A stretch of DNA of 64,000 nt from Octopus sinensis (lineage: Eukaryota): contig NC_042998.1 of assembly GCF_006345805.1 (NCBI RefSeq), positions 207,080,001-207,144,000 on the forward strand, in the 5' to 3' direction. This document shows positions 50,625 to 64,000 of the stretch, piece after piece. The first letter of the stretch is position 1, and each line of letters starts with the position of its first letter. The translations under genes were made by a program, and so were the position numbers. The notes under the pieces are model-generated. The model saw only the letters and a list, made by a program, of their open reading frames with translations, was not told the origin of the DNA and ran no database searches.

Positions 50625-51965
50625 CTAAGCAATAAGGGTTTAGCAACGAGTTGCCTTACCACATACCGAATTTAGAAATAGCAGTCAAAGGGTTATAGCT
50701 ATTTCTTCTACTAAAAAGGGAGATCTCAGTAAAAACAGCATTTGGAAGGCAGACACAAACAGGTAAGAGAGAATGAATTGACTGCAATCTATCATACATT
50801 TTTTTACAAACATATAAACATACATATATACTATATACACACACAGATATATATATACACACACATATACATACATATATTTATACATACACACGCACAC
50901 ATACACACTCACACACACACCTAAGGATGTATGTATGCTTAGATACACACTTACATAGACACACACATAGACACACACATTTGCCTGCTGTGCAAATCTA
51001 TAAAAGTAAAGAACACACACGCGTACACATCTGGTTACACACATGTATACATGCATCCATAAATATAAAGAAAATGATATACACATGCAAATGTACACAC
51101 GTGTGTGTACACGTGTTTTGCAACCTGATTTTGAGCAACAGGTGTATATGGCAGCAGAGTGTAGAGTATATATACACATCTGGATCAGGGTTAGGGTTTA
51201 TCATCATTTTAATCTTTAATCTTTTATCTTTAATCTTTTTTTACTTGTTTCAGTCATTAGACTGTGGCCATGCTGGGGCACCACCTTGAAGAATTTTTAG
51301 CCAAATGAATTGACCCCCAGGACTTATTTTATTGTTCCCTTTTGCCGAACTGCTAAGTTGTGGAGACGTAAGCACATCAACAATGGAAAAACAGAGAGAC
51401 AACGCACACACACACATATATAGCAGGCTTCTTCCAGTTTCCGTCTACCAAATCCACTCTCAAGGCTTTGGTCAGCCTGAGGCTATAGTAAAAGACACTT
51501 GGCCAAGTGGGACTGAACCCGGAACCATGTGGTTGTGAAGCAAAATTCTTACCACACAGCCACACTCGTGTTCTCCTTCTTATGCTTGCATGGGTCATTC
51601 GGAGTTTGTTGAAACAGATTCTCTACAGCTGGACGCCCTTGCTGTTGCCAACCCTCACCTGTTCCTCTAGCAGGGTAATAATCCTCCTCCTGACCGGATG
51701 TGTTCTCAAAGAAGACTAGAAATGAAAGACACTTGTTTACCACAATCACACACACACACACCACACACACACACACACACACATACACACACACACACAC
51801 ACATATATATATACATACACACACACACACACATATATATATACATACACACACACACATATATATACATACATATATATATATATACACACACATATAT
51901 ACATACACATGCACATATACACACACATGTATATATATATACATATATATACACACGCGTATATA

Positions 51966-51999
<34 letters not shown>

Positions 52000-53114
52000 C
52001 TAAGCATAAGGGTTTAGCAACGAGTTGCCTTACCACATACCGAATTTAGAAAGCATCAAAGGTTATAGCTATTTCTTCTACTAAAAGGGAGATCTCAGTA
52101 AAAACAGCATTTGGAAGGCAGACACAAACAGGTAAGAGAGAATGAATTGACTGCAATCTATCATACATTTTTTTACAAACATATAAACATACATATATAC
52201 TATATACACACACAGATATATATATACACACACATATACATACATATATTTATACATACACACGCACACATACACACTCACACACACACCTAAGGATGTA
52301 TGTATGCTTAGATACACACTTACATAGACACACACATAGACACACACATTTGCCTGCTGTGCAAATCTATAAAAGTAAAGAACACACACGCGTACACATC
52401 TGGTTACACACATGTATACACGCATCCATAAATATAAAGAAAATGATATACACATGCAAATGTACACACGTGTGTGTACACGTGTTTTGCAACCTGATTT
52501 TGAGCAACAGGTGTATATGGCAGCAGAGTGTAGAGTATATATACACATCTGGATCAGGGTTAGGGTTTATCATCATTTTAATCTTTAATCTTTTATCTTT
52601 AATCTTTTTTTACTTGTTTCAGTCATTAGACTGTGGCCATGCTGGGGCACCACCTTGAAGAATTTTTAGCCAAATGAATTGACCCCCAGGACTTATTTTA
52701 TTGTTCCCTTTTGCCGAACTGCTAAGTTGTGGAGACGTAAGCACATCAACAATGGAAAAACAGAGAGACAACGCACACACACACATATATAGCAGGCTTC
52801 TTCCAGTTTCCGTCTACCAAATCCACTCTCAAGGCTTTGGTCAGCCTGAGGCTATAGTAAAAGACACTTGGCCAAGTGGGACTGAACCCGGAACCATGTG
52901 GTTGTGAAGCAAAATTCTTACCACACAGCCACACTCGTGTTCTCCTTCTTATGCTTGCATGGGTCATTCGGAGTTTGTTGAAACAGATTCTCTACAGCTG
53001 GACGCCCTTGCTGTTGCCAACCCTCACCTGTTCCTCTAGCAGGGTAATAATCCTCCTCCTGACCGGATGTGTTCTCAAAGAAGACTAGAAATGAAAGACA
53101 CTTGTTTACCACAA

Positions 53115-53120
<6 letters not shown>
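50625..53120. repeat. Near-identical tandem duplication, period about 1369-1375 bp
   Basis: Identical ORF pairs offset by 1369 (e.g. 50927/52296, 51332/52701). Confidence 0.95.
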
Positions 53121-53152
<32 letters not shown>

Positions 53153-53984
53153 ACACACACATACACACACACACGACATACTTTTTTTCAGTTTCCATTG
53201 ACAAAATCCAGCCATAAGACTTTCGGTTGACCTGCACCTGTATTAGAAGACACTTGCTCAATATGCCATGCAGTGGGATTGAACCTAAAACAATGTGGTT
53301 GGAAAGCAAGCTTCTTAACCCTCCATCCATGCCTGCCTACCTGACTGGGGTATGTCAACTGTGTGAGTTTCTGGCAAACGGAAATTTTTAAATCATCATC
53401 ATCATCATCGTTTAACATCCGTTTTCCATGCTGGCATGGGTTGGACGGTTCAACTGGGGTCTGGGAAGCCAGGAGGCTGCGCAAGGCCTAGTCTGATCTG
53501 GCAGTGCTTCTACAGCTGGATGCCCTTCCTAACGCCAACCACTCCAAGAGTGTAGTGGGTGCTTTTTATGTGCCACCTGCACAGGTGCCAGACGAGACTG
53601 GCAACGACCACAATCGGATGGTGCTTTTTTGTGCCACCGGCAAGGAGGCCAGTTGGGGTGGCGCTGAAAATAACAAAAATTCCCAAAATACAGTGATACC
53701 TCAGCAGTTTCAGTTTAATTCGTTCCTTGACTGAGCTCTTCTCATGACTTACTCGTTTTACAAATCAATTTTCCCCCATTGAAATTAACTAAAATATAAT
53801 TAATCCATTCCAGCCCCTAAAACCCACTCAAAATAATTTTTTATGGGTTTTAAAAACAGAAAAGGTGTAGTTACAGGTAAAATGACAATTATAAAAAAAG
53901 AGAATGCCAAATAAATATGTAAACTGGTTTTATTAACTGAATTACCTTAAAGATGGGACGATTTGTGTGCTTGTACTGCGGATT

Positions 53985-54655
53985 CCCACAAGAAAACCTG
54001 GGATGAGGTGGTGAAGCATGACCTTCAAACATTGGGCCTTACCGAGGTAATGGCTAGTGACTAACACCTTTGGAGATATGCTATGCTTGAGAAGACCCAA
54101 CAAGCCAAGTGAGACCATAACCCATGGCCTATGCCAGTGGGTGTAACCAGCCCACTTATGAATACCCCTCATTCATTGGATGATAAACTTTGCTTGCAAA
54201 GACCTGTTGAGGCAAGTGAAATCAAATCAAAATCGCTGACATGGCCAATGACAGTACCACCTGATTGGCACTCATGCCAGTGGAACGTTAAAAGCACATT
54301 TGAGTGTGATTGTTGCCAGGGCCACGGATTGGCTCCTGTGCCGGTGACATGTAAAAAGCACCATTCAAGCGTGATCATTGCTCGCAGTGCCTTACTGGCA
54401 CATGTGCTGGTGGCATGTGAAAAACAATATTCGAGTGTGGTTGTTGCCAGTGCCGCCGGACTGGCTCCCGTGGCATGTAAAAGCACCCACTACACTCTCG
54501 GAGTGGTTGGCATTAGGAAGGGCATCCAGCTGTAAAAACTTTGCCAGATCAGATTGGAGTCTGGTGCAGCTTCCTGGCTCTCCAGCCCTCAGTCAAACCC
54601 ATCCAACCCATGCCAGCATGGAAAGTGGACCTTAAATGATGATGATGATGATGAC
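53985..54655 (+). mobile_element. 5'-truncated RTE LINE (ORF end plus full 3' UTR)
   Basis: KTWDEVVKHDLQTLGLTEVMASD followed by the family UTR and a (GAT)n tail. Confidence 0.85.
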
Positions 54656-54910
54656 TTCAAGACAAAATTTCACAAGGGTCTCAGCTCATACAGCAAATTA
54701 CTCGTACAATGGATTTCTTGTACTGCAAGGTCCTACGGTATAATAGTAAACATAGGCGCAGGAGTGGCTGTGTGGTAAGTAGCTTGCTAACCAACCACAT
54801 GGTTCCGGGTTCAGATGTGGGCATCTTGGGCAAGTGTCTTCTGCTATAGCCCCGGGCCGACCAATGCCTTGTGAGCGGATTTGATAGACGGAAACTGAAA
54901 GAAGCCTGTC

Positions 54911-54950
<40 letters not shown>

Positions 54951-55884
54951 TTGTGTGTCTGTGTTTGTCCCCCTAGCATTGCTTGACAACCGATGCTGGT
55001 GTGTTTACGTCCCCGTCACTTAGCGGTTCGGCAAAAGAGACTGATAGAATAAGTACTGGGCTTACAAAGAATAAGTCGATTTGCTCGACTAAAGGCGGTG
55101 CTCCAGCATGGCCGCAGTCAAATGACTGAAACAAGTAAAAGAGTAAAAGAGAAATATAAGTAAAACTAGTAAACACACACACACCAACCTCTTAACCAAC
55201 GCATGCTAACCTCACCCTGTTGTGCTACCAACCAAGAGCATGGTACTCTCTCTTCTCTGAAGTACCCCTACTACTGCCAGTCCCTCCCACTCCCTGGCGT
55301 ATCCCTGCCTTCTCCCACCACACCCATGCCCCTTCCATCTTCCCGCTCCTTCTAGTGTTTCTGAGGTCAATGCCCTCTTGCCCTCCTTCCTCACCTGTGC
55401 AGGTGTACATACCCTGGTTTACTGCATGCTCTCTGCACCTACGCTTAATAACCATGCAGTCAAACACCACAACCTACATAACACGTTCTCCATAGAATCA
55501 CAAACCAATAAAACAACAATAAAATAACACGACATGTGCATTATTGATGTTCAATACAATAAAATACTCTGAACACCACCACCCCCACCACCACCACCAA
55601 CTTGTGTAGCTCCTGTTCGATACATCGTCAGCATCATCGATTAAGAGGAGCTGGTAAGGCCAGAGGCTGCACCAGGCTCCAGTTGTCTGTCTTGGCATGG
55701 CTTCTTTGATGGGATGCCCTTCCTAATGCCAACCACTTTTCAAAATGTAGTGGGGCTCTTGTTACTATTTATACCAGTAATTATGGTGCACTTAGTAATG
55801 TTTATATATGTCTAAATGGCATCACCACCACCACCACCACTACCAGCACCACCACCACCACCACTAGCAGCAGCAGCAGCAGCA

Positions 55885-56113
55885 GCAGCACCATCACCAC
55901 CACCAAAAATTATTTACATCAAAAAGGTGCTTTTTTTTCTATGAAAATCCCTATTTTTTACGATTTTTTTTACTGCTGTGTCACCATTTTTCGGTGTATT
56001 TCAACCAGAGAGAATAACAAGCTAAATGATGCAAAATTTTCACTTTTCAAAAATTCCAATTCTAAAGGGTCGAAAAGAAAACAAACCCGAGGAATGCCGG
56101 GCTATACTTCTAG
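55885..56113 (+). mobile_element. Helitron-like 3' end
   Basis: CCCG..CGGG hairpin (56086-56101) 8 nt before CTAG (56110-56113), followed by T. The 5' end was not identified. Confidence 0.5.
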
Positions 56114-57074
56114 TATTAAATAATATTCATTAAACACATATTTCATATTTAAATATTCCATCTGTATCAGTATGATATCACTGAATTTATATTGTTCTTT
56201 ATCAATTTCATTTGCTTCCCAACTACATGGTTCTGGGTTCAATCCCACTGCATGGCACCCTGGGCGAATGTCTTCAACCATATTCTTGGACTGACCAAAG
56301 TCTTGTGAGTGGATTTGGCAGATGGAAGCTGAGAGAAGCCTGTCATCTGTATGTGTGTGTGTGTGGGGGGCTGATTCATTTGACTAAAAATCCCTCAAGA
56401 CTGTGCCCCAGCATGGCCACAGTCTAATGACTGCAACAGATGTAAATGTAAATAAATGCACAAAAATTGTGTCTGAGGTTATGTGTTTTATTGTTTGGTG
56501 GGGATTGTAGAGTGTTGTTAATTAACCCTAGGTCAGTCCTGTTTGAGCAAGTCCATGATAAGGGACATCCCACCTGTGATGAGATCCCGTCTCATCTTTT
56601 ACTCCAACGCTGTATTTCTAGAACCACATCAGCCAGTGTAACGTCCCCTTTCTGTTTTAAAGTCAATACAATGCCATTTGATAAATTTCAATAAATATTT
56701 GGCTGCTACTTCTAGCAAGTTCAATGACCACACAAGACATCCTCATTGGTAGATGTTCTGCATGCGTGTGTGTGTGTGTGTGTGTACGAAATGTTATATA
56801 TGCGTGTGATAAAACGGAACAGTGATATAAATAGCACCAGTACTTTTCTTACCAAACCGATAGCAGCACAGTTTTGAAAATTGAATAACGGAAGATGGGA
56901 GGATTTTGGTAAATAATAAATGGTGAATGATGAGTGAGAGAAGGAGAGAGAGAGAGAGAGGCTGGGGGGGGGGGAGTGGAGGAAGAGATAACTATGAGAA
57001 CAAATAAGATACCAAAATCAAAGAAGAAACAAGATTCAAATGTGCAGACAATTTTGGCAGTTTAACAAGGTGTA

Positions 57075-57105
<31 letters not shown>

Positions 57106-57388
57106 TGCGTGTGTGTGTGTGTGTGCGTGTACGTGTGTGTGTATATAGCATTATATATGTATATGTACATATGTAGATATATATTTATGTGTGTGTGTAT
57201 ACAAATGTATATACATATATATATGTATATAAATGTATACATATATGTATGTAGATAAATGTATATCTGTGTGTGTGTGTGTGTATTTGATGGCAAACAT
57301 CTCCTGATAAATCTATGGCCTCCTACTCTTCCTGCTCCTCTCACTGCTACCAATACTATCACCTACAATTACCATCATCATCATCATC

Positions 57389-57422
<34 letters not shown>

Positions 57423-58095
57423 CTACCACCATCACCACTACAATCTTATCAAAAGAGAGTTAAAGAAATATTTATGAAATACCTATCTTAGCACAATTTT
57501 TGTTTCCCCCTTGGCAAACTGTAAACAAAGGATCTAATGGTGGCAATTAAGGATCAGGCAACAAAGTAAGAAAAAAAAGTGGGGTAAATAAAAGGGGACA
57601 CAAATTGATGTCCTTTATTTGTTGGTTGAATACTTTAAAGTTTAATACGGGTTCTTTTTTAAATAGGGGTCATTTTCTTTAAATGAATTAGGGGAATAGG
57701 CACAAGATCTGTTGAAGTAATGTCGAAAGAAGGGAGAGAGTACAATCAATAAAAATGACCCCAGGACATCACTGGTATTTTATTTTATTGACCATGGGAG
57801 GATCAAAGACAGTTGACTTCACGTAAAAAGCACCGAGTTCACTCTGTGGAGTGGTTGGTGTTAGGAAGGGCATCCAGCTGTAAAATCCCTGCCAAAACAG
57901 ACACAGTAGCCTAGGGTAGTTTTTCTACCTGGCTGGCTCCTGTTATCCATCCTACCCCTGCCGTTAAATGATGATGATGATGATAATGTAAGGAGCGGGA
58001 AGAAATTCTAAATACTGCAAGACCTTTATTTCTTCCCTGAAATTACATATCTTTCCGTTATCTTAAAATATGGAAAGATACATTAGAAAATATAT

Positions 58096-58327
58096 ATTTC
58101 TTTACTACCCACAAGGGGCTAAACACAGAGGGGACAAACAAGGACAGACAAAGGGATTAAGTCGATTACATCGACCTCAGTGCGTAACTGGTACTTAATT
58201 TATCGACCCCGAAAGGATGAAAGGCAAAGTCGACCTCGGCGGAATTTGAACCCAGAACGTAACGACAGATGAAATATGGCTACGCATTTCGCCCGGTGTG
58301 CTAACGTTTCTGCCAGTTCGACGCCTT
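58096..58327 (-). mobile_element. tRNA-derived SINE, family 2 (head ggcgagctggcagaaacgttagcac, body gcctttcatcctttcggggtcgat, tail ttgtgggtagtaaagaaata)
   Basis: Copies at 19765-19979+, 24120-24300-, 24925-25150-, 32493-32722-, 33580-33810-, 34650-34840-, 42210-42410-. Confidence 0.85.
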
Positions 58328-59676
58328 AGAAAATATAGGGCCTCCTTACTTTTACTTATAATGGCATTCATCTGTGGTGGGTTGAGCCAGCTCTGACCAA
58401 CAAGTTCACCATGGGCCCTCACAAATGCTGACCACATCTAAAGGTCAACTCTAACATTCCAGCAGGCAATGGCATGATTCTACTTGCAGCCCAAAAGTCC
58501 AGCTTGCAAATTTAAGAAATGTCCAACTAAGAGAGCAAGCATGTTGGATAGTGCAGATGCTGCAGCTGTTGTTGTCCTTCACTCTTAAGGGGTGGAGTTC
58601 ATGGTTGGATTTCAGTGGGAATACAAGCTGAAACCCAGGTTATGTCAGCTCCAATAATCTGACCAGTGGCTTGGTCAGTGAATCCTCTGTGACAGTCGAC
58701 AAACAACTGCAAAATGAACATCTTTGGATCACACTGTCTCAAAGTGTGTATGTCTGTGACTTGGGACCATGGGGGAACTTGTATTCCCGCTGCAAACTCT
58801 GGTTAGAAAATACAATACTAGATCAGCATGGAAAACAGGTGATAAATGATGATGATGATGATGATATATATATATATATATTCCAGCGCCACCCTGACTG
58901 GCTCCCAGGCTGGTGACACATAAAAAGCACCATCAGATCATGGGTGATGCCAGCCACCTATGCCCCCTGTGCTGGTGGCATGTAAAAAAAACACCCACAA
59001 CACTCTTGGAGTGGTTGGCGTTAGGAAGGGCATCCAGGTGTAGAAACTCTGTCAGATCAAGATTGGAGCCTGGTGCAACCTCCTGGCTTCCCAGATCCCA
59101 GATGAACTGCCCAACCCATGCCAGCATGGAAAACGGACGTTAAACGATGATGATGATAATGACACAATATTTGGGGAAAAAACACAACAAAAAAGTAGAG
59201 AGAACATGAGACAAAATACGTTCTTGTAATTCATTAAGGTCTTTTACATTCTGTGAATGAGCATGGCCAAGTGGTAGCACTTATGATCATTCTTCATCAT
59301 CATCATCGTCGTTTAACATCCGCTTTCCATGCTAGCATGGGTTGGACGGTTTGATGAGGACTGGCAAGCCAGGAAGTTGTACTAGGCTCCAGTCTGATCT
59401 GGCAATGCTTCTACAGCTGGATGCCCTTCCTAATGCCAACCACTCTGAGAGTGTAGTGGGTGATTTTACATGCCAGTCAGGTGGCACTGGCAATGACCAC
59501 ACTTGAATGTTGTTTTTCATGTGCCATCAGCATTTACATCATTCACATCAGCAAGAGAGGCATGCACTTCACATAATCATCTTTCTATCTTCTCTATCAA
59601 TATCAATAATAATGTGTGTGCATGTGAATATATGCATACATATACATATATATATATATATTATATATATATGTGT

Positions 59677-59709
<33 letters not shown>

Positions 59710-59812
59710 ATATATATATATGTGATACATACATATATACATACATATATATATATATATATGTGTGTATACATACATATATACATACATATATATATAA
59801 TATATGTGTGTA

Positions 59813-59845
<33 letters not shown>

Positions 59846-59846
59846 C

Positions 59847-59880
<34 letters not shown>

Positions 59881-59896
59881 GTGTATACATACATAT

Positions 59897-59936
<40 letters not shown>

Positions 59937-60024
59937 ATACATACATATATATATATATAATATATATATATGTGGTATACATACATATATACATACATAT
60001 ATATATATTATATATATATATATA

Positions 60025-60064
<40 letters not shown>

Positions 60065-60760
60065 TGCAGGAGTGGCTGTGTGGTAAGAAGCTTCCTTCCC
60101 AACCACATGGTTCCAGGATCAATCCCATTGCGTCACACCTTCAGCAAGTGTCTTCTACTATAGCATCGTGCTGACCAAAGCATTGAGTGGATTTGATAGA
60201 CGGAAACTGAAAGAAGTCCGCGTCGTGTATGTATGTGTGTGTATATATATATATATATATACATATATATGTGTGTGTGTGTGTGTATGTTTGTGTGTCT
60301 GTGTCTGTCCCCTCAACATTGCTTGACAACCAATGATGGTGTCTTTATGTCTCCCTGTAACTTAGCGGTTCGGGAAAAGAGACTGATAGAATATGTACCA
60401 GGCTTCCAAAGAATAAGTCCCGGGGTTGATTTGCTCGACTAAAGGCGGTGCACCAGCATGGCCACAGTCAAATGACTGGAACAAATAAAAGAATACAAGA
60501 GAATACGTATACATACAGCATGGAAAGTGGATGTTAAACGATGATGATGATACATATATATATATATATATACATATGTATACATATACATACATACATA
60601 TATATAAATATATATATACACATACATATATATATATACACATACATATATATATACACATACATATATATATATACACATACATATATATATATATATA
60701 TATACACATACATATATATATATATATACACGTTAAACGATGATGATACACATACATATT

Positions 60761-60793
<33 letters not shown>

Positions 60794-61920
60794 TATATCG
60801 TTTTTGGATTTGGTTTGCAAGATTCTTTATATGAGTTCGTGTGGTGAAGCATAATAAGTGGAAATTTTACCGGGGGGTGTGTTAAATAATAAGGCACTAA
60901 AAGAGAATGACTCTCCCCAGACACAACAGATTATATATATATATATATATTAGAAGGTTTGGAGATGATATATATACACACACATATACACGTACATGTG
61001 TGTGTATATACACATTTATATATACACACACACACACGTGTGGATGATCATCTTATTTTTACTTCATTATTCATATAAAAAAAGAGAGCTGAGTCTCATG
61101 GAAGAGAGGTGTTACTGTCAGACACTGAAACACACACAAAATTCTGTAATTTTATGGAAAAAAATGGCCATTAAAATAATTATTTATCATCATTGTCATC
61201 TTCGTTTTCACTGTCACCACCACCACTACTACCTTCATCATCATCATCATCACCACCATCATCATCATCATCATCACCACCACCACCATCATCATCATCA
61301 TTTCATGTCCTTTTTGTTCTTGGGTGATTTTAGCAGAGTCCATTCACTCTGTTGCCAAGCATTTGGACCAAGTGTCTTGGTTAGTGGATACATCCCCCCC
61401 CCCACATTCCCACTAGTCCTAGAAGACCCAATAAATGGTGATGGCTAAGACCTTACCCTTCTGACTAAGTGATATAAAAAAAAGCAATCTACTTGATATG
61501 GGTTGGATGGGTCATCAAAGTCTGAGTATGTCCTAATTCAGAGTCCATTTCCGTTCCTGATGATTCAGAACATCATGTCTCACTCACTCACAAATTCCAT
61601 TTTTGGTTGAATGTCACCAGCTGGAATCACTTCCTGACACCAAACACCAAACACAATGTCTATTAAGGACATTATAAAACAGCACCGGCACCAGTGAGAT
61701 TCTCTGTCCTCAGTAAGACTAAAAGCTTCACCTGACCCTGCACAGCCTGTGCTTATCTACCCTAACCACTTTTCAAAGTGTACTCGATGGCACCAACACC
61801 AGAGAGGTCCCTTGTAATTTAGCCCCAAGAGACATCGTCTCCAGCTGGCTATACAACACGATGTGTCCTTATATTTTTTAACAAGGGCATCTAGCACCCC
61901 CACTCAGCTCAAAACAATAT

Positions 61921-61965
61921 CTGCGTATCACGATTTCTGGGTTATTTCTCTTCATCAGCATAGAA
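61921..61965 (-). ncRNA. Degenerate hammerhead-like motif (family F)
   Basis: CTATG CTGATGA A GAG AAATAA CCC A GAA ATCGTGAT A CGCAG; imperfect stems I and II. Confidence 0.35.
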
Positions 61966-62114
61966 TAATTGTTCGGCTAGAGGTAGCGCTGCCAAATTCC
62001 CGTTCGAAATATATAGTTTTCAAAGTGACAACTAGTCGCTGATTTATAAATTAGAAAATTACTGTTTTAAGATCTCACAACGAGAGATATTCAGCAACAG
62101 TACTTTGGAGTAAA

Positions 62115-62930
62115 CACCAGGCTCCAATCTGATTTGGCAGAGTTTCTACAGCTGGATGCCCTTCCTAATGCCAACCACTCCGAGAGTGTAGTGGGTGCTT
62201 TTATGTGCCACTGGCACAAGGGCCAGTCAGGCAGTACTGGCAACGGCCACACTCAAATGGTGTTTTTTACGTGCCACCTGCACAGGAGCCAGTCCAGCGG
62301 CACAGCAATGACCTCACTCCAATGTTTTTTACATGCCACTGGCATGGAAGCCAGTCAGCTGCTCTGGCAACGATCATGCTTGGATGGTGCTCATAGCGCT
62401 CCACTGGTTTGGGTGCCAGTCTTTGAATTTGATTTGATTTCGATTTCACTTGCCTCAACAGGTCTTCACAAGCAGAGTTTAGTGCCCAATGAAGGAAAGA
62501 TAGGCATAAGTGGTCTGGTTACACCCCTGGCATAGGCCATGAGTTATGGTCTCACTTGGCTTGCCAGATCTTCTCATGCACTGCATATTTCCAAAGGTCT
62601 CAGTCACTAGTCATTGCCTCAGTGAGGCCTAATGTTTGAAGGTTGTGCTTCAGCACCTCATCCCAGGTCTTCCTGGGTCTTCCTCTTCCACAGGTTTCCT
62701 CAACTGCTAGGGTGTGGCACTTTTTCACACAGCTATCCTCATCCATTCTCACCACATAACCATACCAGTGCAGTCTTCTCTCTTGCACACCACATCTGAT
62801 GCTTCTTAGGTCCAACTTTTCTCTCAAGGTACTGACATTCTGTCGAGTATGCACACTGACATTACACATCCAGCAGAGCATACTGGCTTCATTCCTTGCA
62901 AGCTTACACATGTCCTCAGCAGTCACGGCC
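62115..62930 (-). mobile_element. 5'-truncated RTE LINE, RT C-terminus plus 3' UTR
   Basis: [23 protein letters not shown]...RRLHWYGYVVRMDEDSCVKKC...RGRPRKTWDEVLKHNLQTLGLTE. This ties the abundant UTR fragments to the RTE clade. Confidence 0.9.
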
Positions 62931-62966
62931 CACATATATATATATACACATACACACATACATACA

Positions 62967-63002
<36 letters not shown>

Positions 63003-63794
63003 TACATATATATATACACACATATATACACACAAATATGTACAAATATATATATATATACACATACACACAAATATATATATATATATACAAATACATA
63101 CAAATATATATATATATGCATACATATACATATATATATACACATACAAACATACATATATATATATATATAATATATATATACACACATACATATATAC
63201 ACATACATACATATGTATATATACAGACATACAGATATATACATACATACATACATACATATATATACACATACATACATATATATACACACATACATAC
63301 ATATATATATATATAGACATATACACACATATATATACACATACATACATATACATATATACACATACATATATATACATACATACATACACACACACAC
63401 ATATATATACACACGCACACACACACATATATATATATATACACACACATACATATACACACACATATATATATATATACACACACATACATATACATAT
63501 ATATATACATACACACACATACATATATATATGTATTATATTATATAAGTATGTACAGGAAGAAAAAGAAAATATTTTGGCATTTATCCATTCCGGCAGA
63601 AACGAGATGTGTAAGCATGTGACTCTGCGTGTGTGTGAGTGTGTGTGTGGCTGCGTGTGTGTGTGTGTGTGTGTGTATGTGTGGCAGGGCGTACACCATA
63701 CATGTTTGATGTACCCAGCATATAATGTACGGCTACGAACAAATGAAATGGGTGCAGAGAAGAGGAGGAGGGAAGAGTAGGAGGAAGGAAGAAA

Positions 63795-63825
<31 letters not shown>

Positions 63826-64000
63826 AGAAGGTATGTAGTGGCTGTTGTTGTTATGTCAAACAAACAAACAAACAAACACACAACCCTCCCCCCACCAAAA
63901 AAAACACGTCATTAACTATTCACAGTATTGAACCCTGCAACTCCCGTTCTAATAATCGCGTGCAATGTATTCATTAAAAGCTCTTCACTGCTACTCTATG

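Noticed and set aside
62600-63881. Long ORFs of 200-320 aa here and at 26.6-27.3, 35.5, 49.9-50.6 and 59.5-60.1 kb
   Set aside because: They are translations of TA/CA microsatellites; only the 62600-62930 part has protein-like (RTE) content.

Overview
This is AT-rich, microsatellite- and retroposon-dense eukaryotic DNA. The repeat families point to an octopus (inference, not a database match). The only host gene I can support is RCAN/calcipressin (regulator of calcineurin) on the minus strand. Its last two coding exons are at 10027-10192 (LxxP and SPPASPP motifs) and 4707-4843 (PxIxIT-like and TxxP motifs). I found no RRM-encoding exon anywhere upstream in the window. A precisely spaced TATA + Inr + DPE core promoter (TSS about 37075, minus strand) is followed by a candidate short first exon (MPCTTYDAPACSK, phase 0) that could splice to the 10192 exon and give an RRM-less RCAN isoform. 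The rest is intron-like: about 25 RTE LINE 3' fragments, several tRNA-derived SINE families, and Penelope-like, CR1, DD37D Tc1/mariner, piggyBac-type MITE, hAT-type and Helitron relics. Most striking is a set of hammerhead ribozyme (HHR) motifs from about seven distinct families, 14 copies counting degenerate ones. They include a tRNA-headed SINE-like element carrying a hammerhead in a Penelope-like tail (5 copies), a retrozyme-like 475-bp unit, a U3-A8 core variant and fold-back HHR pairs. Most long ORFs in the supplied track are microsatellite artefacts. Repeat boundaries were read by eye and are approximate to within tens of bp unless stated as exact.
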